DNA from: Takakia lepidozioides
Taxonomy: Eukaryota > Plantae > Bryophyta
Direction: 5' to 3'
Assembly: GCA_030704615.1 (NCBI GenBank)
Contig: CM060732.1
Location: 18,724,001-18,788,000 of the forward strand
DNA: 64,000 bases
This document shows positions 1 to 11,634 of this stretch, piece by piece (positions within the stretch are counted from its first letter, which is position 1; every line of letters starts with the position of its first letter). Made by a program: the position numbers and the translations under genes. Below the pieces are notes generated by a model that made no database searches, was not told the DNA's origin, and saw nothing but the letters and a program-made list of their open reading frames with translations.

Positions 1-237
1 CCCATTCACCCCGTGCCGAATTTGAGCGGAACACAAAGGAACATAAACTACCTTTGTCAGGGGCTGATGCCAGTAGTATGACTTACCTTAAAACAAATAA
101 CTGATCTGCAATTTCCAGATATCCTCTAGAAATCCCTTTACACAAACATCAATCTGCTATGTGTGATTTGCCCAATAATAGACCCCAAAAGGGCCTGGGC
201 TTTTGGATCAGCCTTGAGATTTTCAAAGCACATCAGG

Positions 238-1001
238 AGAGAGAGAGAATGTACTCATAAGATGTTGAGGAGAGATTGTACTCATAAGACGTTGTTTGCC
301 GTAGCCTTGTGGCCATTGACCCCGCGCCCAGTTTGAGCGGGATGTTGAGGAGAGAGAGAGAGAGAGAGAGCACTGAGTTGTTGACTTATGCGGCTGTGCC
401 ACTTTCATTGGTACAATGGGCGGATCTGTAACATTCAGCAGAGAGAGAGGGGGAGAGTGCTGAGTTGGGTGATGTGACATATGCAGCTGTGTCGCTATCA
501 TTACTATGAGGGAAGGATCCGTACCATTCAACTGGAGTACACAGATGCTAAGGAGTGTTTGCTGCAAGCTACTCGCAAGGCCCCAATCAGCGCCCGTGGT
601 TTTCGTATCCAATGTACCAAGTGGGCAGCCATTGTCCGACTTCTGTTAGGCGAGATCCCTGAGCGCACTACTTTCATGCAACCAGGCATGCGCAAGGCTC
701 TTTGGCCCTACTTTGAGCTCACCAATGTATGCACCTCAAGACTTATGAGAGAGAGAGAGAATGTACTCGTAAGACGTAGTTTGCCGTAGCCTTGTGGCCA
801 TGACCCCGCGCCCAGTTTGAGTGGAACAGAGAGAGACAGAGAGACTCAGGAGTTGATGTTGCTGGGGCCACTACTGGAAGGCCTTGTGGCGATTGACCCC
901 GCGCCCAGTTTGAGCGGAACAGAGAGAGAGAGAGAATGTACTCATAAGACGTTGTTTGCCGTAGCCTTGTGGCCATTGACCCTGCGCCCAGTTTGAGCAG
1001 A

Positions 1002-1038
<37 letters not shown>

Positions 1039-1065
1039 CAGGAGTTGATGTTGCTGGGGCCTTAC
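238..1065 (+). repeat. Short dispersed repeat (~85 bp) abutting (GA)n microsatellites, several copies in RPN3 introns
   Basis: Motif (GA)n-ATGTACTCATAAGACGTTGTTTGCCGTAGCCTTGTGGCCATTGACCCCGCGCCCAGTTTGAGCGG at ~275-341, ~748-830, ~878-920 (partial) and ~921-1005. Diverged partial copies at ~9-35 and ~1757-1800. Confidence 0.8.
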
Positions 1066-2361
1066 TGCAAGGCTCGTTCCAGTAGTTGAACCTACCTCTA
1101 AAGTGATGTTTTGTCTTGGCAGATGTCTTCATCCTCCATGTGTTTAGTCTCACACATATTTGCAGATTTGTTGGGACCTGGGTTTTAGTCTTGTGGTGAA
1201 TGGCTTTGGATGTTTATCCCTAAGGAGCGGGACAGTCTACGTGAAATTGAACTCTCGGGTGGGAAAAGGATGCCTTCTATTAGACACAGGGCTTTCGTAC
1301 CTTTGTTCCCCCCCCCACCTGATGCCCCTCTTTTCCCTCATCTACCATTAAGTTTCAAGCTGAGTCAAGGGTCTCCTCTATGGCAGGCTGTGCGGATCGG
1401 TGACCTGGAGCTCTTTCGGTCTGTTGCCGATAAGAATGCGAGCGTATTCTATGCTGACAAAACGCACAATTTGATTGTACGCTTACGGCACAATGTCATC
1501 AGAACAGGCCTTCGTAATATCAGCATATCCTATTCCCGCATCTCACTTGCCGATGTGGCAGCAAAATTGCACCTGGATTCAGCCACAGCCATTGATGATG
1601 CAGAGAGCATTGTTACGAAAGCAATTCGTGATGGGGGCATTGATGCAACTGTGGATCATGAGAAGGGCTGGATGCAATCCAAAGAGACTGGAGACATCTA
1701 TTCTACACAGGTAAAAAAGAGAAGGGGTGACAGCATGAGAGGATGAAATAAATCATTATGCAGTAGCCTTGTGGCATAGATCTTGCATCAACATTTGAGG
1801 GAAAGTAGGTAGGGGGGAAAAGCAGGAGAGTCAAATGGGGTGACCACCATCATGCAAGGACTATATCATTACCATGACCAGCCTTCAGAAATGAAATTGT
1901 TCCTTGCCTTCTAAGCTTTTCCAGCATGCTTTGATGGTGTAGGAGTTGGACCCAATGAGTGTCAGTGTTTTCAGCATAGTGAGGAAATTGTGTGTGGTCC
2001 TCATGATCTTGTTAATGGCTCAGGCATGTAGGTTCCTCTTCTTACAAAACAAAGATAGGCATTTGACTTGCGATCTCAGCTCTCTTATTGGCTACGTGTT
2101 TTTATTAATGGTGGTTGCTGATGACCTATCGTTGCACTAATCTCAACAACTGGATCTGTTCATATGCAGGAGCCTCAGCAGGCATTCCACTCCCGCATTG
2201 TGTTTTGTCTTGACACTCATAACGAAGCAGTGAAGGCCTTGAGGTTCCCTCCAGATGCTCACAAAAAAGAATTGGAGAGTGCCGAGAAACGACGGGAGCG
2301 ACAGCAACAGGAACAGGAACTTGCTAAACATATTGCTGAAGAGGATGATGATGAGTTTTAG
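487..2361 (+). CDS. RPN3: 26S proteasome non-ATPase regulatory subunit 3 (RPN3/PSMD3), last three coding exons: 487-726, 1387-1710, 2170-2361. The 5' part lies upstream of the window.
   Basis: Spliced translation [33 protein letters not shown]...YFELTN / [10 protein letters not shown]...[30 protein letters not shown]...[16 protein letters not shown]...DIYSTQ / [29 protein letters not shown]...EEDDDEF matches the PCI domain and Rpn3 C-terminus. Phase-0 GT-AG junctions at 726/727, 1386/1387, 1710/1711 and 2169/2170. Confidence 0.96.
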
Positions 2362-3761
2362 GATATATGGTTAGTGCATGCTCTAACCGTGGTAAGATTG
2401 GAGCCTTTGCTGTATATCAGCTCGAATAACACCATTTTCTTTTTCTCCTTTTGCTTGCAATTCTTATCAGCCCTAATATCTGGGAGCAAGTGTTCAGTGT
2501 CCTTCTATAAGTCCTGGTGGAAAGAGGAGATTTTCAAGTACCTGAATACTAGGTAAGGAAAAACTGACCCTGCTAGATGAAGCTGACTTGAAGGCTGTAG
2601 TGTCTATTAGGAAGACTGTCCGAAAGTTAGGCATAGAACTTGCCTGAACTTGCTTCCAGTTTGTGACCTCAAGTTTGTGAGGACCTTAAGCCTACCTACC
2701 CTTGCCACTAGACTGAAATTTAAACTCAGGGCGGGAAGTCTACCTTTGAACAATAAACTGATGGAGAGAGGAAAGGGAGATTGTCGATGGCACGAGCAGT
2801 GTGTGGGCAGCTTGAAACAATATCCATTTTCTGATACAATTTTCTCATCAGAGAGATGCCCTCTTCAGGAACATTAGGAATATAGTCTCGAGGCTGAGCC
2901 TAATGCCCTTGCTCTATTGGGGTCTAATTGCTGGGCACACACTGCAGATTGACGATTGTGTGAAGGAACCAATTGTTCATATCAAGGTAAGTCCCACTAC
3001 TGGAGTCCTCACAAAGGTCGTGTCTGTTCCCTATGGTTCTGCCCATCTTTCTGCACAGCATCTCTACATTTCAAGGTCTGCGGTCTGCAACACATCTCGC
3101 GGAATTTTTCTGTGGGGCACTCCCTTACACTGACCCTTGCACAATTGATGAAGACTTGCTTCCATACAGGGGTATTGTACACTTAAAATTATTTATAGGT
3201 AATTGTTGACAGTAAATATGGACTTATGCAGAAGTGAATGGATGGATATATGGTGGCCTGTTGGGAGGTCCTTCCGGTGTTGGTCGTCCTTCTGGTGCCC
3301 GGCTACCTGCGCGAGCTTTCTATTTTGATTTTTTTTAATTTTAAGGGAAGCGGGGATGGATCATGGACTCAGGCCCTCAGAATTTTGTTGAAATGGGACA
3401 GAGTCTGAAAACAGATTACGGCAAGGAAAGAAATAACCTTGCAGGGGAGCCATGGAGACCAACAATGGGACACTGCCACGTAATCAGGAGTCCAGGGGGT
3501 AGATCCTAAGAGAAGCTAGAGAGATCAGAAGCTACATCGCTTCCTTTTAGATTGATCAAAGGAGAGATGGACCTTAGATGTGCCTTTTCTAAGACTACGC
3601 CGGTGTTGCCAATTTCGGGCTCATTATCGTCCATTGGGGAGATTCTAGCATTGTGGGAACTCCCAGCACGTTGGGAGGGAGTTGTTCCATGTAATTCGAA
3701 GCTCAGAGGTTTTGGTGCAGAAGAAACCACCTTTTACCCAGGAGCCGTCGAAAGCAACGTG

Positions 3762-4109
3762 TGTCATGGTTTTGTTTGTGATTAGTTAGAAATAGTTATT
3801 TCTAGCTAATTAGCACATTATATATTTATATTTGTATTTTGTTGGCATTGGGACTTCATTTGGTTCCATGTGCCAAGTGAGGAGGCGAACCTCACTTGGG
3901 ACGTGGGGAGGTTATCTCCACGTGAGATGTAGGCAGGCTCGTCTTCTTCTAGTCGAGCTTCCCAAAGCTTCTCTCGCCGCCATAGCTCTAGTACTTGAAA
4001 TGGAGAGTGGGTGAGGTCTATATGGTGGAGTCATTTAGCAAAGGTGCCATTGGCTTGACTTATATAACGTGATAGAGTGGTTTCTCCTCTTTTCACCATT
4101 TTCGTATCA
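3762..4109 (+). repeat. Element A left terminal repeat A1
   Basis: TGTCATGGTTTTGTTTGTGATTAG...CGTATCA, near-identical to 38291-38637. Not followed by a TGG-type PBS. Confidence 0.93.
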
Positions 4110-4849
4110 TTAGAAGAAGATTTGTTTATATCTATGAGTGCAAGGTGTTAGCATAGTTAGCACTTGTGTGTGGAAGAGAGCTTGATAGATAGCTCTTAAG
4201 TTACAAGGTGTTGCAGGGTTTGCAAGAAGAAAGCCTTGTGGTGTTTATGTACAAGAGGAGATCTTCAAGGAGAGCCCCATTGAAAAGTTTGAGAGCTTGT
4301 GAAGAAGCTCTTGTTCTGCAAGTGTTAATGGGTTTCAGTAGTTCAAGAAGAGCTCGGGTGTTAAGGAAGCAAGTGGTGTATGTGTGGAGCATGGTTTTAG
4401 CTTGTGGGAGTCTTCAACTTCAAGCTTAGGAGAGCTATGAGTGGAGGTAGACATCTGATTTCTCTTTGGGGTAGAATAGTGTATTTGTAGAGCATGTTTT
4501 GGGTTGGGGTTTCAATCCTAAGCTTGGGAAGAGCATGTCTATGGAAGTGACAAGTGCAGGGTTGGATTAGGAGCTTTAAGATGTGCACTATGGCCATGGA
4601 AGGAAGCACTATGATTATGCGATGGCTAGAAGAGGGTATGCCATAAAAAGCTCGATAGCTTGTTCTATGCTTGTTTCAATAAGTTCTATAGAGAAAAAGA
4701 GCTTGTTGTGTGGCAAATAGCTTGCTCAGGGGGTTAGAGGCACTCTTGGTGGTCTATTGATGCTCAATAAACCAAGAACAACACCTCTGGTTGCTCCATA
4801 GAAGCCATAGCTCGTTGCAACAATCGCAGAGACAAGCGGCGCAAACCCT

Positions 4850-5940
4850 AACTTGGGAACGCTTGGGAATGCGTGTGAACTCGAAGGAACGCGTGAGAAC
4901 ACTTGGGAATTCGTGGGAACACATGGGAACGCATGGGAACATTGCCCCAGAGTTGGGAGCACCACCATTGTTCCATCGGATGAACTATTGAGCCAATGGA
5001 TGAAAATTGGTGCTCTTGGATGAGAATCGGTTGTAGTGGATGAACTATCGCGCTATTGGATGAAAAATCGTGCCGATGGATGAAACTGCACCAGCAGATG
5101 AATTATTGCGTTATCGGATGAAAAATCGCGGCGACGGATGAAACGTCGTCAGCGGATGAAATCGTGGCAGCGGATGAACTACCGTGCCATCGGATGAAAA
5201 AGCGCGGGGACGGATGAAACTTCAACAGCGGATGAAATCGCTCCAGCTGATGAAATATTGCGCCAGTGGATGAAATATCACACCGATGGATGAACTATCG
5301 CGTCGGATGAAATATCAGACCTGCGGATGAGAAATTGTGGTTTTGGATGAGATTTGGTCAGTGACAGATGAAAAATCGACTGACTGTGGATACTTTTGGA
5401 GCCTTGTGGGGGCTTGTTTGAGGACTATTTGGGGTCTATTGAGGCCAATATCTAACAGGTATTGGGGTCTGTTTGAGGACTATTTGGGGTCTATTGAGGC
5501 CAATATCTTACAGGTATTGGGGCCTGCTTTGAGGACTATTTGGGGTCTATTGAGGCCAATATCTTGAAGGTATTGGGGCCTGCTTTGAGGATTATTTGGG
5601 GTCTATTGAAGCCAATATCTTGCAGGCTTGTGGAGCCTGCTTGGGGCTGTTTGAAGGACTATTTGGGGTCCTTTGAGGCCAACGTTTTGCAGGCCTGTGG
5701 AGCCTTGTGAGGGCTGGTTGGAGGACGATTGGAGGTCCTTGGAGGCCAATACTTGGCAGATTTGAGGAGCTTCTTAAGGGTTGTTGGAGGACTGTTAGAG
5801 GTCATTGGAGGCCAATACTTGGCAGATTTGTGGAGCTTCTTAAGGGCTGTTTGGAGGACTGTTGGAGGTCCTTGGAGGCCATATTGGGCAGGCTTGTGGA
5901 GCCATTGTGAGGGCTGGTTGGAGACCTTGGAGGCCACTAA
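4850..5940 (+). repeat. Tandem repeat arrays in the 5' leader of element A
   Basis: TGGGAAC-based ~10-bp units (4850-4940), GGATGAA-based ~20-bp units (4975-5370), and ~56-66-bp units containing GAGGACTATTTGGGGTCTATTGAGGCCAATATCT (5410-5940). Confidence 0.88.
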
Positions 5941-6501
5941 TAAGGGGGCGCCTAGGGCTTTTTGGTGGACTGTTTGGAGTCCAAGTTTGCGAACTTCTTG
6001 AACCTCGGTGGGTCTATGTGAGGGGCTGATTGAGGACAGATTTCAGAAGTTCATGGCAATAATTTGAGGGCTCTTGAGAGTTATTTGAGAGGTTCTTTAA
6101 GGATAGTCTTACCTATTGCTTGAGCAAGAGTGAGTATGAAGATAGGGGGAGTAATGGGATGAGAGCATTCTGGGCTTAGAGATTGCTTTAGCTTCCCTTC
6201 TCTATAGTCTTCTATCATTCTTGTAGGCCAAAGCTTTTCCGTAAGCGGAGGCAGAACTAATTTGGATAGAGATTTGGTCATCTTGCAGGTTTATTGAAGC
6301 CGCAAGGAGATCGATTGATTTAAGCTGTGGGAGGTGTCGTTGTTTGAGTTTCATGTGTTTGGATCCTCTTCCCACACATGCATGTTTAACTGTGCGCCAT
6401 GCTAGTTTGGTTTAGGACGAGGTGTGTGGTTTAGGCCACCTTCACCTTCAGTGTTTTCTGAGGAAGGTTCAGACTCAGAGTTATGAGGATTCTCGCCGAG
6501 G

Positions 6502-9161
6502 GTGCAAGCCATTTCCGAGCCATTGTTGTGGGATACGATGGAGGAAATGTATGGAGCTACCAAGGGGCCACGTCGGTACTTGGGAGCTGTGGGCACCATC
6601 GAGCTTGTTGATTTCATACAGGAGTTTGATAGTTGGTGTGATTTGCAGCAGATGCGTAATCCACAACTGTTTACGCTTTTTATGGCGTGGAAGGGCTGTT
6701 TCAGCACCTTGAGGGGCCGCCTATGGATGACTATCATGAGTTTAGGCGGGGAAATGAGGTGGAGATTAAAGAGTGACGACAATATTTGTCACCTGACTAT
6801 GTCTCTATCACTAGAGGCACAAGGGCAGCGGCGATACCAGCAGCTACACCAACATCCCCAACTACAAGCACTAGTAGTGGGACAAGTAAAGATGGAGCTG
6901 GGAAATCCACCCAAGCTCCTGCTGCAGCACCAGCACCCGTGCCTGCTTTTAACCCAGTTGTGGAGTTCTTCGAGAAGTTGAGGAGAAACTACCAGGGGAT
7001 AAGAACGGAGAAATTGCGGAGCTTGCAAGAGTTCCAGCGCAAGCCTACTGAGAGTTTGAGAGATGCTTACACGCGCATGGGGTAATTGATAAATGTAACC
7101 CAAGGGGTTACGGAAGCTCAAGCACTACAATTCTGGTATGGGATATTGGACAAGGAGCCGAGGAGAAGGGTGCGGGATGCAACTCTCCTACAAATGGACC
7201 AACCCACTTTAACAAACGTGTTTTTGCTGGCAGAATGGATAGAGCTCAATATGATGGAGGAGCGAGTGGTCATGGTGGGGTTTGGTAAGGAGACACAACG
7301 AAGCAGGGCTCCTATCCAACAACAACCACTACCCCAACGTGCTCAAGACAACAAAAGGGCTCAGGCGAAGCCCAGGGAATGACATAGAGGATCTCAATTG
7401 CAGTGGTCACTTCCTTCATTCTCAGGCCAATAACAGTCGGGTGTGACATGTTGGGATTGTGGAGGACCCCATGTTAAGAGAGACTGCCCGGAGAGAGACA
7501 AAGGGTCGGCATAGGCACAGCCTACACAACTACAGTGTGGGCATTATGGCAAGTATGGGCATGAAGAGGCCCATTGTTATGACTTGAATCCTGAGCTACG
7601 GCCAGGCCAGTTCCAAGGGAACAATTGTGGCCGAGGACAAGGCAATATAGCCCAAAGAAGTAGAGGAGGCAGAGGTCGCGGTGAAGGTCATAACCAAAAC
7701 CAAGGAGCACAGGGTCAAGGTCATGACCAAGGCATGGTGGATAGACTTGCCCAGCTAGAGCAACGTCTTATTGCCATGGTCACTATTCATGTTGCGCCAG
7801 CTCCAAGGCTTGAGGTTCAAGCCCCACCTACACAACCTCCTATGCCTAGGGAAGACCAGATTGGTATGGGCTTCATGTGTGGAGCCGCACTTGCAGGACC
7901 ATTGCATGTGGACTCTACAGCTGTTGTCACTTGAGCAGCAATACGTGCTCCTGAGCCAAGAGGAGCAGATGTGGATTTTGATCCACAAAAAGGGGAAACA
8001 AGTCAGCAGACAAAGCTTCCACAATTTTTCACATTAGCTGAGACAGGGTCAACTACGCCATCGATGGTACCCGCTCGCCCAAGTGTGTCAGAGGTAGAGC
8101 CACGAGTGCCATTGGGGAGAGTTGGTGTGGCTTGGGAAATGTCAGTGGGTGGTGCTGCAAAGCAAGGTGCAGCCAGTACATTGTTGGGGGCGGCTACGGC
8201 AATTTGTCAAGCTTCATTGTTTTCTGCCACGACAATTGCAATGCCAGGAATTCGGCCAGCTGCTGTGTACAGATTAGCAGCTAGACTCTGTGAGAGTGGT
8301 GATGCATCGGCACTATCTGCGAGAATAGCGGATAATGTGCAGAGCATGGATGCCCTGGACTCAAGGGTGAAGACAGCCACAGCTGCACCATGGCAAGCGG
8401 CAGCTGCAAGGCTGCAGGAGTTGCCAGCTAGACCAGCCATTGAGCGTAGTATGGTGACCCCTGGGGTAGTCCTGGTGGATAATCAGGATGGTGTGTTTCA
8501 GTTGGGTGGCCCAGCCGGGAGGAGGTATAGGCCACTACGGGTCTTGGTGGACACGGGAGCATAGCCCTTGATGTTGGGGAGAGCAGCAATTGCAAGCTTG
8601 GGCCTTACAGAGGCGGATTTGGAGCCTTGCACTTTCCAAATTCAAACATCTTTGGGTGGTTCAGAGAAGACATGAGGGATTACACGCCATAAGCTCTTCA
8701 TTCGATTGCAGCCAGATCATCCTACAGATGGCTCAGTCATGAGAGCTAAAGTCATTGTTACGGATGCGATGTCCTATGATGTGCTTGTTGGTGGGGCTGT
8801 GTTATACCCCATGGGCTTTACTTTGGACTTTTGGGAGGAAACGACATCCTACAGGCCGGAGTGGCAGTCAGGAGATGGCCGACGTGTACTGCTCCCAGTA
8901 CGATTTATTGGGAATGTAACGGTGGATCATAGGAACATGATGCCCACATTGGCTGCATTCTCAGGGGTGGTGGCTTGGGGTGGTGAGCTCTTGGAGGGCC
9001 ATAGTCATGCAGATAATAGGCCATCACCTGATGAGGATAAACGGATCAAGCTGATTTGCTTCCTCATGTGCCTGTGCATATTCCACTGTGGGGTACGGTT
9101 AGGAATTTGCATCGAGTAGCAGACGAGTGTGTGCACCAAGCATGGCAAGAGGCATTTTCAT
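6502..9161 (+). pseudogene. Element A gag and aspartic protease (stops and frameshifts); interrupted at 9161 by element B
   Basis: Paralogous to element B gag (PLLWD.MEEMYGATKGPRRY, FNPVVEFF..LRRNYQ, QFWYGILDKE). Zinc knuckles CWDCGGPHVKRDC and CGHYGKYGHEEAHC. Protease motif RVLVDTGA and YDVLVG. Confidence 0.9.
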
Positions 9162-9513
9162 TGTCAAGTTAAATAAACACAGTGTGAAACTAACTAGAAT
9201 AAAACTAGTTATTTGTATTTAACACTTGGATTTAGTTCAAGTGTTAAGTCAGGTGTCAAGTTTGAGCTTGACACCTGAACCATCTTATCTTCACGAGAGC
9301 GTCAGTCGCGCAGCTCATCTCTCTCGAGTTGAGCATGCGCGACCGAGCTCCTTCATGCTTAGAATCTGAGTGTGCTTATGTAGGGGTATAGGTTGTTGTA
9401 GGGTGGAGTCCCCATAGCTTGGGATGCCCCTGGCTCGACTATTATCTTAAAGAATGATGTTGAGGGATTTCATGTTTCTTGGGTGAACAGTGTGTTCTTT
9501 AGCTTTTTTATCA
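9162..9513 (+). repeat. Element B left terminal repeat A1
   Basis: TGTCAAGTTAAATAAACACAG...TTTATCA, near-identical to 32983-33326 (one ~10-bp indel). No PBS follows. Confidence 0.93.
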
Positions 9514-10042
9514 CTCGAGAGAGATCAGCCCGAGTCTGTGAGTGCCAGGTTCGAGTTAGTTGTAGCACTTGTGGTTTTTGCTTGAGAATGAGAGAAACCA
9601 GGTTGTTATGCAAGGAGCACCATGGAGTGGCTTGGTGGCAAAGCTGAGAACTGGACTTGGGAATGCAAGCTTTCATTGTGTGAAGGATTGTAAGACCAAG
9701 CGAAAGGGCTGATTTGACTTGGGGCAAATCAGTGCACTTTGTGGAGTATGTGGAGATTGGGTTTCAATCTCCAGCTTTAGCATTGAGAGGGCTCTTGTCA
9801 TGGCAAGAGCAGGGCTGGAACAAAAGCTAAGATGTGCGGCAAGGCCATGGAATGTGCACCTAGGGTTTCAGAGCTTGGAAGAAGAGCTCTTGCACCACAA
9901 GAGGAGTGTCTTGGGCTGGAAATGTAAGCCTTAGGGTTTCAGGAGCTTGGCAATGGCTATGGAGTGCTTAGTCTTGTCTTAGAGAGCATCAAGGAGCCAA
10001 GGAGCCAAGATAGAGGGCTGACTTCCCTTATGTGAGGGCAAT

Positions 10043-10300
10043 GCATGTGTGGAGCATGCTTTCAGCCTGTTGAAGGCTTGTACTTTCAGGTTTGGGAGTG
10101 CAAGAAAGGAAGGCAGGGGCTGGTTGCCCTGTAGAGCATGTGTGGAGCATGCTTTCAGCCTGTTGAAGGCTTGTACTTTCAGGTTTGGGAGTGCAAGAAA
10201 GGAAGGAAGGGGCTGGTTGCCCTGTAGAGCATGTGTGGAGCATGTTTTCAGCCTGCTGAAGCTTGTATTTTCAGGTTTGTGGGTGCAAGAAATGAAGCAA
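10043..10300 (+). repeat. 93-bp tandem repeat (~2.7 copies) in the element B leader
   Basis: GCATGTGTGGAGCATGCTTTCAGCCTGTTGAAG... recurs at 10043, 10136 and ~10229. Confidence 0.9.
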
Positions 10301-10789
10301 AAGAGCTGATTTTCTCATGGTGAGAGTGGGGCATGTATGGAGCATGCCTTCAGCCCATTGAGGCTTTTGTTTTCAAGCTTTAGAGAGCTAGAATGGAAGG
10401 GCTAGGGCTGGTTCCCACTTGGGTGAAAGAAGACCACTTGTAGGGCATATGTGAGTTGGGGTTTCAACCCCAAGCCTAGGTAGAGCATGGCTCTTGAAGT
10501 GGCAGGTGTAGGGGGCTGGAATAGGCTCTAAGACAGATGCTATGGCCAAGGAGAGTGCTTGAATGAGTGCTCACAAGGGCTGGGAGCCAGCAGGGCTTGG
10601 TTGTTTGCCATTGAGTTTAGTGGCGTGTTTGGAGAGGCTTTTCCCTTACCTTTGGACTGGATCCCCAGATGTAAGGGGGCTGGTGATGAAGCCATTCCAG
10701 CTTCTCCTGAGACTGAGTCGACTGATGAAGAAGAGGCTGTGGGCAGCCCTGCTCCTTCCACTTGCTTTCTGGTTCTCTGCAGCTCTGCA

Positions 10790-11105
10790 ACGGACTGACT
10801 CAGTCCGGTAGACTGGCGAGTGGATTCACCAGCAGACTGGCGATTGGCAAGCGGACTGACTCAGTCCGGCGAGTGGACTCACCAGCAGACCAGGGATTGG
10901 CGAGCGGACTGACTCAGTCCAGTAGACCGGCGAGTGGACTCACCAGCAGACCGACGATTGGCGAGCGGACTGACTCAGTCCGGTAGACTGGCGAGTGGAC
11001 TCACCAGCAGACCGGGGATTGGCGAGTGGACTGACTCAGTCCGGTAGACTGGCGAGTGGACTCACCAGCAGACCGGCGACTGACGAGCGGACTGACTGGC
11101 GACAG
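10790..11105 (+). repeat. ~61-bp tandem repeat (~5 copies) in the element B leader
   Basis: GCGGACTGACTCAGTCCGGTAGACTGGCGAGTGGACTCACCAGCAGAC units. Each contains the near-palindrome GGACTGACTCAGTCC. Confidence 0.9.
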
Positions 11106-11634
11106 ATTCCAACTGTTGGACGGGATGAGAGCATGCTGGGGTTAGGCATTGCTTTAGCTTCTCTTCCTCGTAGTTTTCCACCCTCTCATTAGGCCAAGAC
11201 CTTTCCGTAGGTGGAGGCAAGAGTCAGTCCGGGTTTGGGCTAGGGTGTCCTTGCAGGAGCAACACCGTGGAGTTGTTTTTGGTGTGGGGGTGTTGATGTT
11301 TTGATTTCTTGTGTTTGGATCCCCCCCAACACCTGCATGCTTGACTGTGCGCCATGTTGGTTTTGTGTGGGCGCTTGCTTTCATAGGGATTAGGCCGGAT
11401 TTGATCACCGGTCAATCCTAGAGTATGCTGTCGGTGGTGAGGCTGGAATGATGACCAGCAAGACCACCAGTGTTTCTTCTATGGTGAGACTGGGTTGATG
11501 ACCAGCCAACCATAGGAGTTCTTGCAGTGGATGCAGGTGCAGGTGCCCTGAGCCACTGGGATATGACCCTTAAACTGCAACAGGTGCCTACCCGTGTCAC
11601 TATTAGAATTAGTACTAGAGCCTTATAGTGTCTT

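Noticed and set aside
4975-5940. CRISPR-like array
   Set aside because: The units are degenerate tandem repeats without unique spacers, there are no cas genes, and the context is a plant retrotransposon. The same applies to 10790-11105.
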